A stretch of DNA of 24,000 nucleotides from Escherichia coli (lineage in GTDB: Bacteria; Pseudomonadota; Gammaproteobacteria; Enterobacterales; Enterobacteriaceae): assembly GCF_052063125.1 (NCBI RefSeq), contig NZ_CP178713.1; one strand, given 5' to 3'. The number at the start of each line of letters is the position of its first letter. Within the stretch, counting starts at the first letter, position 1. Position numbers and translations under genes: made by a program. Shown piece by piece: positions 9,120 through 17,476 of this stretch. The notes below the pieces were generated by a model. That model was not told the DNA's origin. It was given only the letters and a program-made list of their open reading frames with translations, and searched no databases.

Positions 9120-9641
9120 ATCTTCACAACAGAGTTCCTGAAATCAGTTTCAGAAAAATATGGTGCAAAAGCTGAGCAGTTAGCCAGAGAGATGGCCGGG
9201 CAGGCTAAAGGGAAGAAAATACGTAATGTTGAAGAGGCATTAAAAACGTATGAAAAGTACCGGGCTGACATTAACAAAAAAATTAATGCAAAAGATCGTG
9301 CAGCGATTGCCGCAGCCCTTGAGTCTGTGAAGCTGTCTGATATATCGTCTAATCTGAACAGATTCAGTCGGGGACTGGGATATGCAGGAAAATTTACAAG
9401 TCTTGCTGACTGGATCACTGAGTTTGGTAAGGCTGTCCGGACAGAGAACTGGCGTCCTCTTTTTGTTAAAACAGAAGCCATTATAGCAGGCAATGCCGCA
9501 ACGGCTCTTGTTGCACTGGTCTTCAGTATTCTTACCGGAAGCGCTTTAGGCATTATCGGGTATGGTTTACTGATGGCTGTCACCGGTGCGCTGATTGATG
9601 AATCGCTTGTGGAAAAAGCGAATAAGTTCTGGGGTATTTAA
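9120..9641 (+). pseudogene. Colicin Ia-type C-terminal pore-forming domain fragment (about 172 aa; receptor and translocation domains absent)
   Basis: FTTEFLKSVSEKYGAKAEQLAREMAGQAKGKKIRNVEEALKTYEKYRADINKKINAKDRAAIAAALESVKLSDISSNLNRFSRGLGYAGKF...ALIDESLVEKANKFWGI, including the hydrophobic hairpin AALVALVFSILTGSALGIIGYGLLMAVTGA-type region. Confidence 0.88.
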
Positions 9642-9662
9642 ATAAAATATAAGACAGGCTGT

Positions 9663-9998
9663 CTATCTTACAGACAGCCTTTTTATAATAACAGAAAGAA
9701 TATATATCAGACTTAACGGAAGAGATAATATGAAAACAGTACCCGTATAAACAGCAAGCAATCCCATTTTTCCAGGTGTATCAGCAAAAAAACCGCTGTT
9801 CCAGAAATCAGGCCGGGTAAATTTCAGAGCTGTATCTTCAATATACCATTTTGCAACCGGATACAAAACCATTCCGCAGAGAGAAATACACCAGAACAGT
9901 AATCTGTATTTAAAATCATAATCCCATGACATATACAGCATATATCCCCCCGTCACCCATCCCCACCACATATTATTAAAATAATATTTTCTGTTCAT
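9663..9998 (-). CDS. imm: Colicin Ia-type immunity protein, 111 aa
   Basis: MNRKYYFNNMWWGWVTGGYMLYMSWDYDFKYRLLFWCISLCG... is hydrophobic and lies opposite in strand to the colicin domain, as in pore-forming colicin operons. Confidence 0.88.
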   Translation of the reverse strand: MNRKYYFNNMWWGWVTGGYMLYMSWDYDFKYRLLFWCISLCGMVLYPVAKWYIEDTALKFTRPDFWNSGFFADTPGKMGLLAVYTGTVFILSLPLSLIYILSVIIKRLSVR

Positions 9999-10126
9999 CT
10001 GCCTGTTTTCCTTTCTTTTGCACTTTTGTCAGTGTACTGATGCATGACAACATAACCACAGCATGATAATAATAATCAATAACAATAAGCTGTGTCACGT
10101 TTACATCATGGAACGGAGGTGCTCCT

Positions 10127-10474
10127 GTGACCTTTGAGCAGAAAAAAGCCCGGGCCATTGCCCTGATGGACAGCAAAAAGATGTGGCGGAGCAATTATGC
10201 CCCTCCTCTTCTGCGTATTCTCTGGCGGCTGGGTATCCGGCTTCCGCCATTACCCTTTATGCCGTTCTGGCAGGTCACGGTGCTGACGGGGGGCTTATGG
10301 GGCATTTCCTGGGGATGTGCAATGTGGTTTATCTACTGGAGGCCGTCAGGAATGGTGGCAGGTGAGGCCATTATTATAAGTATCACGGGTGGTTTTTTGT
10401 TCGGACTGCTCATGGCCTCTTTCCACTGGTGGCGCAGGAAAGTTAACCGGCTGCCATCATGGGATGACGTGTAA
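10127..10474 (+). CDS. Small membrane protein (DUF6404-like), 115 aa
   Basis: MTFEQKKARAIALMDSKKMWRSNYAPPLLRILWRLGIRLPPLPFMPF... with two hydrophobic helices. Confidence 0.65.
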   Translation: MTFEQKKARAIALMDSKKMWRSNYAPPLLRILWRLGIRLPPLPFMPFWQVTVLTGGLWGISWGCAMWFIYWRPSGMVAGEAIIISITGGFLFGLLMASFHWWRRKVNRLPSWDDV

Positions 10475-10491
10475 ACCGTGCTGGCATGTTT

Positions 10492-11082
10492 TTACGGAGT
10501 GACGCTTTCATTAACCTGTACACGAACTTCTATTCCGGCATCATGACAGGCCTGCAGCCACTGCGCCACTTCCAGCGGATCGCCCTCCCGGCGTACCACT
10601 CTGCCTTCTTTATTCCATAACTGCAGACAGGTGCTGCCGTCGAGACGCACCACAAAATCCCCACGGCAGGCCTGATACGTTATGCCGTTCAGCTCCACCG
10701 CCAGATCAGTGGCAGAAGTGCCGTCTGCGTGCAGACCTGCTGCCGGGACCAGCGGCAGTACGACGACTTCTGCCGCACGCTGTTCTGCCCGGAGGCGGTC
10801 CTGTTCTGCCAGCAGCAGAGGCTGTGCCACGGCCCGGCCGGCGTCCGTCAGCTCCACTGCCAGCTGCAGGTTCGGAGCGCGCAGGGTACGCAGCCAGCCG
10901 GCATCCTCCAGACGACGGCAGGAGGCGCGCAGGTTTGGCCCGTAGACCGGGGCTTCCCCGCTTCGCTCCAGCACCCGTTCTATGTCCCGCGTCAGCACGG
11001 GTCCTGGCCGTTTTTCATCAAGGGCAGCCAGCACAATCAGCACTCTCCGCTGCAGTGGCGACGGTCGGCGGCTCTGGGTCAT
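10492..11082 (-). CDS. Uncharacterised plasmid protein, 196 aa, winged-helix-like N-terminus
   Basis: Intact ORF MTQSRRPSPLQRRVLIVLAALDEKRPGPVLTRDIERVLE...; its start overlaps the upstream stop (TAATG). Confidence 0.65.
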   Translation of the reverse strand: MTQSRRPSPLQRRVLIVLAALDEKRPGPVLTRDIERVLERSGEAPVYGPNLRASCRRLEDAGWLRTLRAPNLQLAVELTDAGRAVAQPLLLAEQDRLRAEQRAAEVVVLPLVPAAGLHADGTSATDLAVELNGITYQACRGDFVVRLDGSTCLQLWNKEGRVVRREGDPLEVAQWLQACHDAGIEVRVQVNESVTP

Positions 11083-11264
11083 TACCTGTCATCCTCCGGC
11101 CAGATGAGCTTTCTGAGGCGCTGAAAGTCGGCGTCAATGAGCTCCTGTCTCTTTATGGCATTCATTGAGGCATAGCCATTTATGGCCAGTTCATGCCAGA
11201 AGATCAGCACGGCTCCGGCTTTGGCTGACTCGCAGAGATAAATCGCGCCCTGGCTGTCCAGATT
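11082..11264 (-). pseudogene. Last 60 codons of a gene truncated by the Tn1721-type end
   Basis: Open frame NLDSQGAIYLCESAKAGAVLIFWHELAINGYASMNAIKRQELIDADFQRLRKLIWPEDDR* runs into the inverted repeat with no start codon and overlaps the next start by TAATG. Confidence 0.7.
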
Positions 11265-11302
11265 GGGGAGCCCGCAGAATTCGGAAAAAATCGTACGCTA
11301 AG
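11265..11302 (+). repeat. 38-bp terminal inverted repeat of Tn1721 type
   Basis: GGGGAGCCCGCAGAATTCGGAAAAAATCGTACGCTAAG; the last codons of tnpA overlap it. Confidence 0.93.
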
Positions 11303-13062
11303 GTTTTCCGGGCATCCGTAAGGGCCGAAACTTCCCGTCTTCCAGTCTGCGGCTCTGCCGCCAGACGTAATCGCCGGTTAGGTTGATGTGCTCCCAGCCC
11401 AGCGGCGACAGGAATTGCAGCAGCTCGCCGTCCACCGGCTTGCCGGCCTCGACCAACCCCTGGGTGGCGCGTTCCAGGTACACCGTGTTCCACAGCACGA
11501 TAGCCGCCGTCACCAGGTTGAGGCCGCTGGCCCGGTAGCGCTGCTGCTCGAAGCTCCGATCCCTGATTTCCCCAAGGCGGTTGAAGAACACCGCCCTGGC
11601 CAGCGAGTTGCGCGCCTCACCTTTGTTCAGGCCGGCATGCACGCGGCGGCGCAGTTCAACACTTTGCAGCCAGTCCAGGATGAACAGCGTGCGCTCGATC
11701 CGGCCCAGCTCGCGCAGGGCCACGGCCAGTCCGTTCTGGCGCGGGTAGCTGCCGAGCTTGCGCAGCATCAGCGAGGCGGTGACGGTGCCCTGCTTGATCG
11801 AGCTGGCCAGGCGCAGGATGTCGTCCCAGTGGGCACGCACGTGCTTGATGTTCAGGGTGCCGCCGATCAGCGGGCGCAACGTCGGGTAGGCTTGCACGCC
11901 CTGCGGCACGTACAGCTTGGTTTCGCCGAGGTCGCGGATGCGCGGCGCGAAGCGGAAGCCTAGCAGGTGCATCAGGGCAAAGACGTGATCGGTGAAGCCG
12001 GCCGTGTCGGTGTAGTGCTCCTCGATCCGCAGGTCGGACTCGTGGTACAGCAGGCCGTCGAGCACATAGGTGGAATCGCGGACGCCGACATTCACCACGC
12101 GGGTGCTGAACGGCGCGTACTGGTCGGAGATATGGGTATAGAACAGCCGTCCCGGCTCGCTACCGTACTTCGGGTTGACGTGCCCGGTGCTCTCGCCCCG
12201 GCCACCCGCGCGGAAGCGCTGGCCATCGGAGGATGAGGTCGTGCCGTCGCCCCAGTGGGCGGCAAAGGCGTGGCGATACTGGTGGTTGACCAGCTCGGCC
12301 AAGGCCGCCGAATAGGTTTCGTCGCGGATGTGCCAGGCTTGCAGCCAGGACAGCTTGGCGTAGGTCAGGCCGGGGCTCGACTCGGCCATCTTGGTCAGCC
12401 CGAGGTTGATCGCATCACCGAGGATTGCGGACAGCAGCAACGTCCTGTCTTTGGCCTCGGCCCCGTCCTTCAAGTGGGTGAAGTGGCGGCTGAAGCCCGT
12501 CCAGTCGTCCACGTCCATCAGCAGTTCGGTGATCTTGATGCGCGGCAGTAACTGGCTGGTTTGGTCGATCAGCGCCTGCGCCCGATCCGGCACCGCCGCA
12601 TCCAGCGGGGTGATTTTCAGCCCTGACTCGGTGAGGATGGCATCGGGCAGCTCGTTGTCCTTGGCCAGGCGGGTGACGGTGGCCAACTGCTCGTCCAGCA
12701 GCTGCAAACGCTCTTCCAGGTACTGGTCGCTGTTCGGGTTGATCGCCAGGGGCAGGGCCTGCTCGCGCTTGAGTGCGGCGAACTTCTCGGCCGGCAGCAG
12801 GTAGTCGTCGAAGTCGCGGAACTGCCGCGAGCCCTTGACCCAGATGTCGCCGGAGCGCAGGGCGTTCTTCAGCTCGGACAGGGCGCAGATTTCGTAGAAT
12901 TTCCGGTCGAGGCCTTCCGGGGTGATCACCAGCGGCTTCCAGCGCGGCTTGATGAAGGCCGTGGGTGCATCGGCCGGCACCTTGCGCAGGTTGTCGGCGT
13001 TCATCTCACGCAGGGTCTGCACGGCTGCCAGCACGCCTTGCGCGGCCGGCCCGTGCTGTTCC
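11298..13062 (-). pseudogene. tnpA: Tn3-family (Tn1721) transposase, 5'-truncated; C-terminal ~590 residues remain
   Basis: [21 protein letters not shown]...[44 protein letters not shown]...[17 protein letters not shown]; homology stops near 13060. Confidence 0.9.
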
Positions 13063-13445
13063 CCAACTTTTCGCTCGGCGAAGAGTATGAACATGCGCCG
13101 CCGGCGACGAATCGCCAAATCTCACCGTATCTCCCGAGCGGACGATTTCGCACCGGTCTGCCCGTCGAAGGGCTTGCGATCGAACGGGGCGACCTTTTCT
13201 ATGCATGTCCGCGAGCCAGCGTCTTTTATGGCACGGCGCTCGACGCCGACCTTCGGACGCGCGGCGTAAGCACGCTTGTCATGGCCGGGATAAGCACCAC
13301 CGGCGTTGTTCTTTCAAGCGTCGCCTGGGCTAGTGATGCGGACTACGACGTGCGTTTGGTCCAGGACTGCTGCTACGACCCGGATCGGGATGCCCACGAA
13401 GCTCTGTTGCGTTCCGGGTTCGGCGGACGTGTACAGGTCGTGTAA
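13060..13445 (+). pseudogene. Isochorismatase-family cysteine hydrolase fragment, 5'-truncated
   Basis: DLFYACPRASVFYGTALDADLRTRGVSTLVMAGISTTGVVLSSVAWASDADYDVRLVQDCCYDPDRDAHEALL contains the catalytic-cysteine region pattern, although the local 'GIST(T/N)GVV' lacks an obvious catalytic Cys. Confidence 0.6.
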
Positions 13446-13582
13446 TTTTCGGGCCTCGCATGATCGCGGCCATAGCCGCAGGTGGATTGGTGCGAGGCAG
13501 GGCCAGTCCAAGTCAGGGTGCGGTCATCGCGGCGCCTGCAACTCTCAAAAACCCATCGCCGTAGCGGAGGTCTTGTAATCGC

Positions 13583-14467
13583 ATGTCATTACGCACGCCC
13601 GATTTATTGTTCACAGCGATAGCACCTGCCATTTGGGGCAGCACCTACATTGTCACCACCCAATACCTGCCGAACTTCTCACCGATGACGGTCGCGATGC
13701 TGCGGGCGTTGCCGGCGGGTTTATTGCTCGTGATGATCGTCCGACAGATTCCAACGGGAATCTGGTGGATGCGCATCTTCATCCTCGGCGCACTTAATAT
13801 TTCGCTATTCTGGAGCTTGTTGTTTATTTCGGTCTACCGCCTGCCGGGCGGGGTCGCGGCGACGGTAGGCGCTGTGCAGCCGCTGATGGTCGTGTTCATC
13901 TCTGCCGCTCTGCTAGGTAGCCCGATACGATTGATGGCGGTCCTGGGGGCTATTTGCGGAACTGCGGGCGTGGCGCTGTTGGTGTTGACACCAAACGCAG
14001 CGCTAGATCCTGTCGGCGTCGCAGCGGGCCTGGCGGGGGCGGTTTCCATGGCGTTCGGAACCGTGCTGACCCGCAAGTGGCAACCTCCCGTGCCTCTGCT
14101 CACCTTTACCGCCTGGCAACTGGCGGCCGGAGGACTTCTGCTCGTTCCAGTAGCTTTAGTGTTTGATCCGCCAATCCCGATGCCTACAGGAACCAATGTT
14201 CTCGGCCTGGCGTGGCTCGGTCTGATCGGAGCGGGTTTAACCTACTTCCTTTGGTTCCGGGGGATCTCGCGACTCGAACCTACAGTTGTTTCCTTACTGG
14301 GCTTTCTCAGCCCGGGGACCGCCGTGTTGCTAGGATGGTTGTTCTTGGATCAGACGCTGAGTGCGCTTCAAATCATCGGCGTCCTGCTCGTGATCGGGAG
14401 TATCTGGCTGGGCCAACGTTCCAACCGCACTCCTAGGGCGCGTATAGCTTGCCGGAAGTCGCCTTGA
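13583..14467 (+). CDS. pecM: EamA/DMT-family transporter, PecM-like, 294 aa
   Basis: IAPAIWGSTYIVTTQYLPNFSPMTVAMLRALPAGLLL...FLDQTLSALQIIGVLLVIGSIWLGQ; ten hydrophobic segments, in its usual place beside tet(A) in Tn1721. Confidence 0.88.
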   Translation: MSLRTPDLLFTAIAPAIWGSTYIVTTQYLPNFSPMTVAMLRALPAGLLLVMIVRQIPTGIWWMRIFILGALNISLFWSLLFISVYRLPGGVAATVGAVQPLMVVFISAALLGSPIRLMAVLGAICGTAGVALLVLTPNAALDPVGVAAGLAGAVSMAFGTVLTRKWQPPVPLLTFTAWQLAAGGLLLVPVALVFDPPIPMPTGTNVLGLAWLGLIGAGLTYFLWFRGISRLEPTVVSLLGFLSPGTAVLLGWLFLDQTLSALQIIGVLLVIGSIWLGQRSNRTPRARIACRKSP

Positions 14468-14498
14468 CCCGCATGGCATAGGCCTATCGTTTCCACGA

Positions 14499-15698
14499 TC
14501 AGCGATCGGCTCGTTGCCCTGCGCCGCTCCAAAGCCCGCGACGCAGCGCCGGCAGGCAGAGCAAGTAGAGGGCAGCGCCTGCAATCCATGCCCACCCGTT
14601 CCACGTTGTTATAGAAGCCGCATAGATCGCCGTGAAGAGGAGGGGTCCGACGATCGAGGTCAGGCTGGTGAGCGCCGCCAGTGAGCCTTGCAGCTGCCCC
14701 TGACGTTCCTCATCCACCTGCCTGGACAACATTGCTTGCAGCGCCGGCATTCCGATGCCACCCGAAGCAAGCAGGACCATGATCGGGAACGCCATCCATC
14801 CCCGTGTCGCGAAGGCAAGCAGGATGTAGCCTGTGCCGTCGGCAATCATTCCGAGCATGAGTGCCCGCCTTTCGCCGAGCCGGGCGGCTACAGGGCCGGT
14901 GATCATTGCCTGGGCGAGTGAATGCAGAATGCCAAATGCGGCAAGCGAAATGCCGATCGTGGTCGCGTCCCAGTGAAAGCGATCCTCGCCGAAAATGACC
15001 CAAAGCGCGGCCGGCACCTGTCCGACAAGTTGCATGATGAAGAAGACCGCCATCAGGGCGGCGACGACGGTCATGCCCCGGGCCCACCGGAACGAAGCGA
15101 GCGGGTTGAGAGCCTCCCGGCGTAACGGCCGGCGTTCGCCTTTGTGCGACTCCGGCAAAAGGAAACAGCCCGTCAGGAAATTGAGGCCGTTCAAGGCTGC
15201 CGCGGCGAAGAACGGAGCGTGGGGGGAGAAACCGCCCATCAGCCCACCGAGCACAGGTCCCGCGACCATCCCGAACCCGAAACAGGCGCTCATGAAGCCG
15301 AAGTGCCGCGCGCGCTCATCGCCATCAGTGATATCGGCAATATAAGCGCCGGCTACCGCCCCAGTCGCCCCGGTGATGCCGGCCACGATCCGCCCGATAT
15401 AGAGAACCCAAAGGAAAGGCGCCGTCGCCATGATGGCGTAGTCGACAGCAGCGCCGGCCAGCGAGACGAGCAAGACCGGCCGCCGCCCGAAACGATCCGA
15501 CAGCGCGCCCAGCACAGGTGCGCAGGCAAATTGCATCAACGCATACAGCGCCAGCAGAATGCCATAGTGGGCGGTGACGTCGTTCGAGTGAACCAGATCG
15601 CGCAGGAGGCCCGGCAGCACCGGCATAATCAGGCCGATGCCGACAGCGTCGAGCGCGACAGTGCTCAGAATTACGATCAGGGGTCTGTTGGGTTTCAC
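14499..15698 (-). CDS. tet(A): Tetracycline efflux MFS transporter Tet(A), 399 aa, type 1 variant residues
   Basis: (V)KPNRPLIVILSTVALDAVGIGLIMPVLPGLLRDLVHS...; counting from the GTG start at 15698 gives R5, M55, V75, A84, A201, S202, F203. The supplied 424-aa ORF starts upstream of the usual start. Confidence 0.96.
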   Translation of the reverse strand: MKPNRPLIVILSTVALDAVGIGLIMPVLPGLLRDLVHSNDVTAHYGILLALYALMQFACAPVLGALSDRFGRRPVLLVSLAGAAVDYAIMATAPFLWVLYIGRIVAGITGATGAVAGAYIADITDGDERARHFGFMSACFGFGMVAGPVLGGLMGGFSPHAPFFAAAALNGLNFLTGCFLLPESHKGERRPLRREALNPLASFRWARGMTVVAALMAVFFIMQLVGQVPAALWVIFGEDRFHWDATTIGISLAAFGILHSLAQAMITGPVAARLGERRALMLGMIADGTGYILLAFATRGWMAFPIMVLLASGGIGMPALQAMLSRQVDEERQGQLQGSLAALTSLTSIVGPLLFTAIYAASITTWNGWAWIAGAALYLLCLPALRRGLWSGAGQRADR

Positions 15699-15747
15699 GT
15701 CTGGCCTCCGGACCAGCCTCCGCTGGTCCGATTGAACGCGCGGATTC

Positions 15748-15796
15748 TTTATCACTGATAAGTTGGTGGACATATTATGTTTATCAGTGATAAAGT
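15748..15796. promoter_or_regulatory. tetO: Divergent tet promoter/operator region with two TetR operator palindromes
   Basis: CTTTATCACTGATAAG and TTTATCAGTGATAAAG flank the divergent tetA/tetR starts. Confidence 0.85.
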
Positions 15797-16454
15797 GTCA
15801 AGCATGACAAAGTTGCAGCCGAATACAGTGATCCGTGCCGCCCTGGACCTGTTGAACGAGGTCGGCGTAGACGGTCTGACGACACGCAAACTGGCGGAAC
15901 GGTTGGGGGTTCAGCAGCCGGCGCTTTACTGGCACTTCAGGAACAAGCGGGCGCTGCTCGACGCACTGGCCGAAGCCATGCTGGCGGAGAATCATACGCA
16001 TTCGGTGCCGAGAGCCGACGACGACTGGCGCTCATTTCTGATCGGGAATGCCCGCAGCTTCAGGCAGGCGCTGCTCGCCTACCGCGATGGCGCGCGCATC
16101 CATGCCGGCACGCGACCGGGCGCACCGCAGATGGAAACGGCCGACGCGCAGCTTCGCTTCCTCTGCGAGGCGGGTTTTTCGGCCGGGGACGCCGTCAATG
16201 CGCTGATGACAATCAGCTACTTCACTGTTGGGGCCGTGCTTGAGGAGCAGGCCGGCGACAGCGATGCCGGCGAGCGCGGCGGCACCGTTGAACAGGCTCC
16301 GCTCTCGCCGCTGTTGCGGGCCGCGATAGACGCCTTCGACGAAGCCGGTCCGGACGCAGCGTTCGAGCAGGGACTCGCGGTGATTGTCGATGGATTGGCG
16401 AAAAGGAGGCTCGTTGTCAGGAACGTTGAAGGACCGAGAAAGGGTGACGATTGA
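15777..16454 (+). CDS. tetR(A): Tetracycline repressor TetR class A, 225 aa (alternative start at 15804)
   Basis: MTKLQPNTVIRAALDLLNEVGVDGLTTRKLAERLGVQQPALYWHFRNKRALLDALAEAML... Confidence 0.95.
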   Translation: MFISDKVSSMTKLQPNTVIRAALDLLNEVGVDGLTTRKLAERLGVQQPALYWHFRNKRALLDALAEAMLAENHTHSVPRADDDWRSFLIGNARSFRQALLAYRDGARIHAGTRPGAPQMETADAQLRFLCEAGFSAGDAVNALMTISYFTVGAVLEEQAGDSDAGERGGTVEQAPLSPLLRAAIDAFDEAGPDAAFEQGLAVIVDGLAKRRLVVRNVEGPRKGDD

Positions 16455-16805
16455 TCAGGACCGCTGCCGGAGCGCAACCCACTCACTACAGCAGAGCCAT
16501 GTAGACAACATCCCCTCCCCCTTTCCACCGCGTCAGACGCCCGTAGCAGCCCGCTACGGGCTTTTTCATGCCCTGCCCTAGCGTCCAAGCCTCACGGCCG
16601 CGCTCGGCCTCTCTGGCGGCCTTCTGGCGCTCCTGCTGCGGCGTCCGCTCGTGGGCCGTGGCGCGGGTCCGCGCGCCGGCCTCGTGCGCCTGGCGCTCGC
16701 GGGCGAGGTCCAGGGCGGCCGTCTTCACGTTCTGCCTTGCGCAGATGAGATAGATCTAGCGTGGACTCAAGGCTCTCGCGAATGGCTCGCGTTGGAAACT
16801 TTCAT

Positions 16806-17312
16806 TGACACTTGAGGGGCACCGCAGGGAAATTCTCGTCCTTGCGAGAACCGGCTATGTCGTGCTGCGCATCGAGCCTGCGCCCTTGGCTTGTCTCGCC
16901 CCTCTCCGCGTCGCTACGGGGCTTCCAGCGCCTTTCCGACGCTCACCGGGCTGGTTGCCCTCGCCGCTGGGCTGGCGGCCGTCTATGGCCCTGCAAACGC
17001 GCCAGAAACGCCGTCGAAGCCGTGTGCGAGACACCGCGGCCGCCGGCGTTGTGGATACCTCGCGGAAAACTTGGCCCTCACTGACAGATGAGGGGCGGAC
17101 GTTGACACTTGAGGGGCCGACTCACCCGGCGCGGCGTTGACAGATGAGGGGCAGGCTCGATTTCGGCCGGCGACGTGGAGCTGGCCAGCCTCGCAAATCG
17201 GCGAAAACGCCTGATTTTACGCGAGTTTCCCACAGATGATGTGGACAAGCCTGGGGATAAGTGCCCTGCGGTATTGACACTTGAGGGGCGCACCTATTGA
17301 CATTTGAGGGGC
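16806..17312 (+). repeat. Six RK2 oriV iterons: 16806-16820, 17083-17097, 17103-17117, 17138-17152, 17275-17289, 17298-17312
   Basis: Each matches TGACA(C/G/T)(T/A)TGAGGGGC, read directly; arranged 1+3+2. Confidence 0.92.
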
Positions 17313-17476
17313 TGTCCACAGGCAGAAAATCCAGCATTTGCAAGGGTTTCCGCCCGTTTTTCGGCCACCGCTAACCTGTCTTTTAACCTGCTTTTAAACC
17401 AATATTTATAAACCTTGTTTTTAACCAGGGCTGCGCCCTGTGCGCGTGACCGCGCACGCCGAAGGGGGGTGCCCCC

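Noticed and set aside
9053-9583. 176-aa minus-strand ORF opposite the colicin domain
   Set aside because: Antisense of the recognisable colicin Ia channel domain.
11388-13269. Plus-strand ORFs 11388..11963, 11967..12236, 12255..12551, 12391..12804, 12922..13269
   Set aside because: Antisense artefacts of the Tn1721 tnpA remnant; same translations recur opposite the homologous Tn21 tnpA.
15144-15758. 204-aa plus-strand ORF opposite tet(A)
   Set aside because: Antisense of a well-supported efflux gene; Arg/Gln/His-rich composition typical of spurious frames.
16805-17140. Plus- and minus-strand ORFs within the oriV region (16805..17140, 16812..17084, 16891..17091, 17078..17293)
   Set aside because: Lie within non-coding RK2 origin sequence and overlap iterons.
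16806-17312. Regularly spaced TGACANNTGAGGGGC repeats considered as CRISPR-like or a novel repeat array
   Set aside because: They match RK2 oriV iterons in sequence and setting; spacing is irregular and there are no cas genes.
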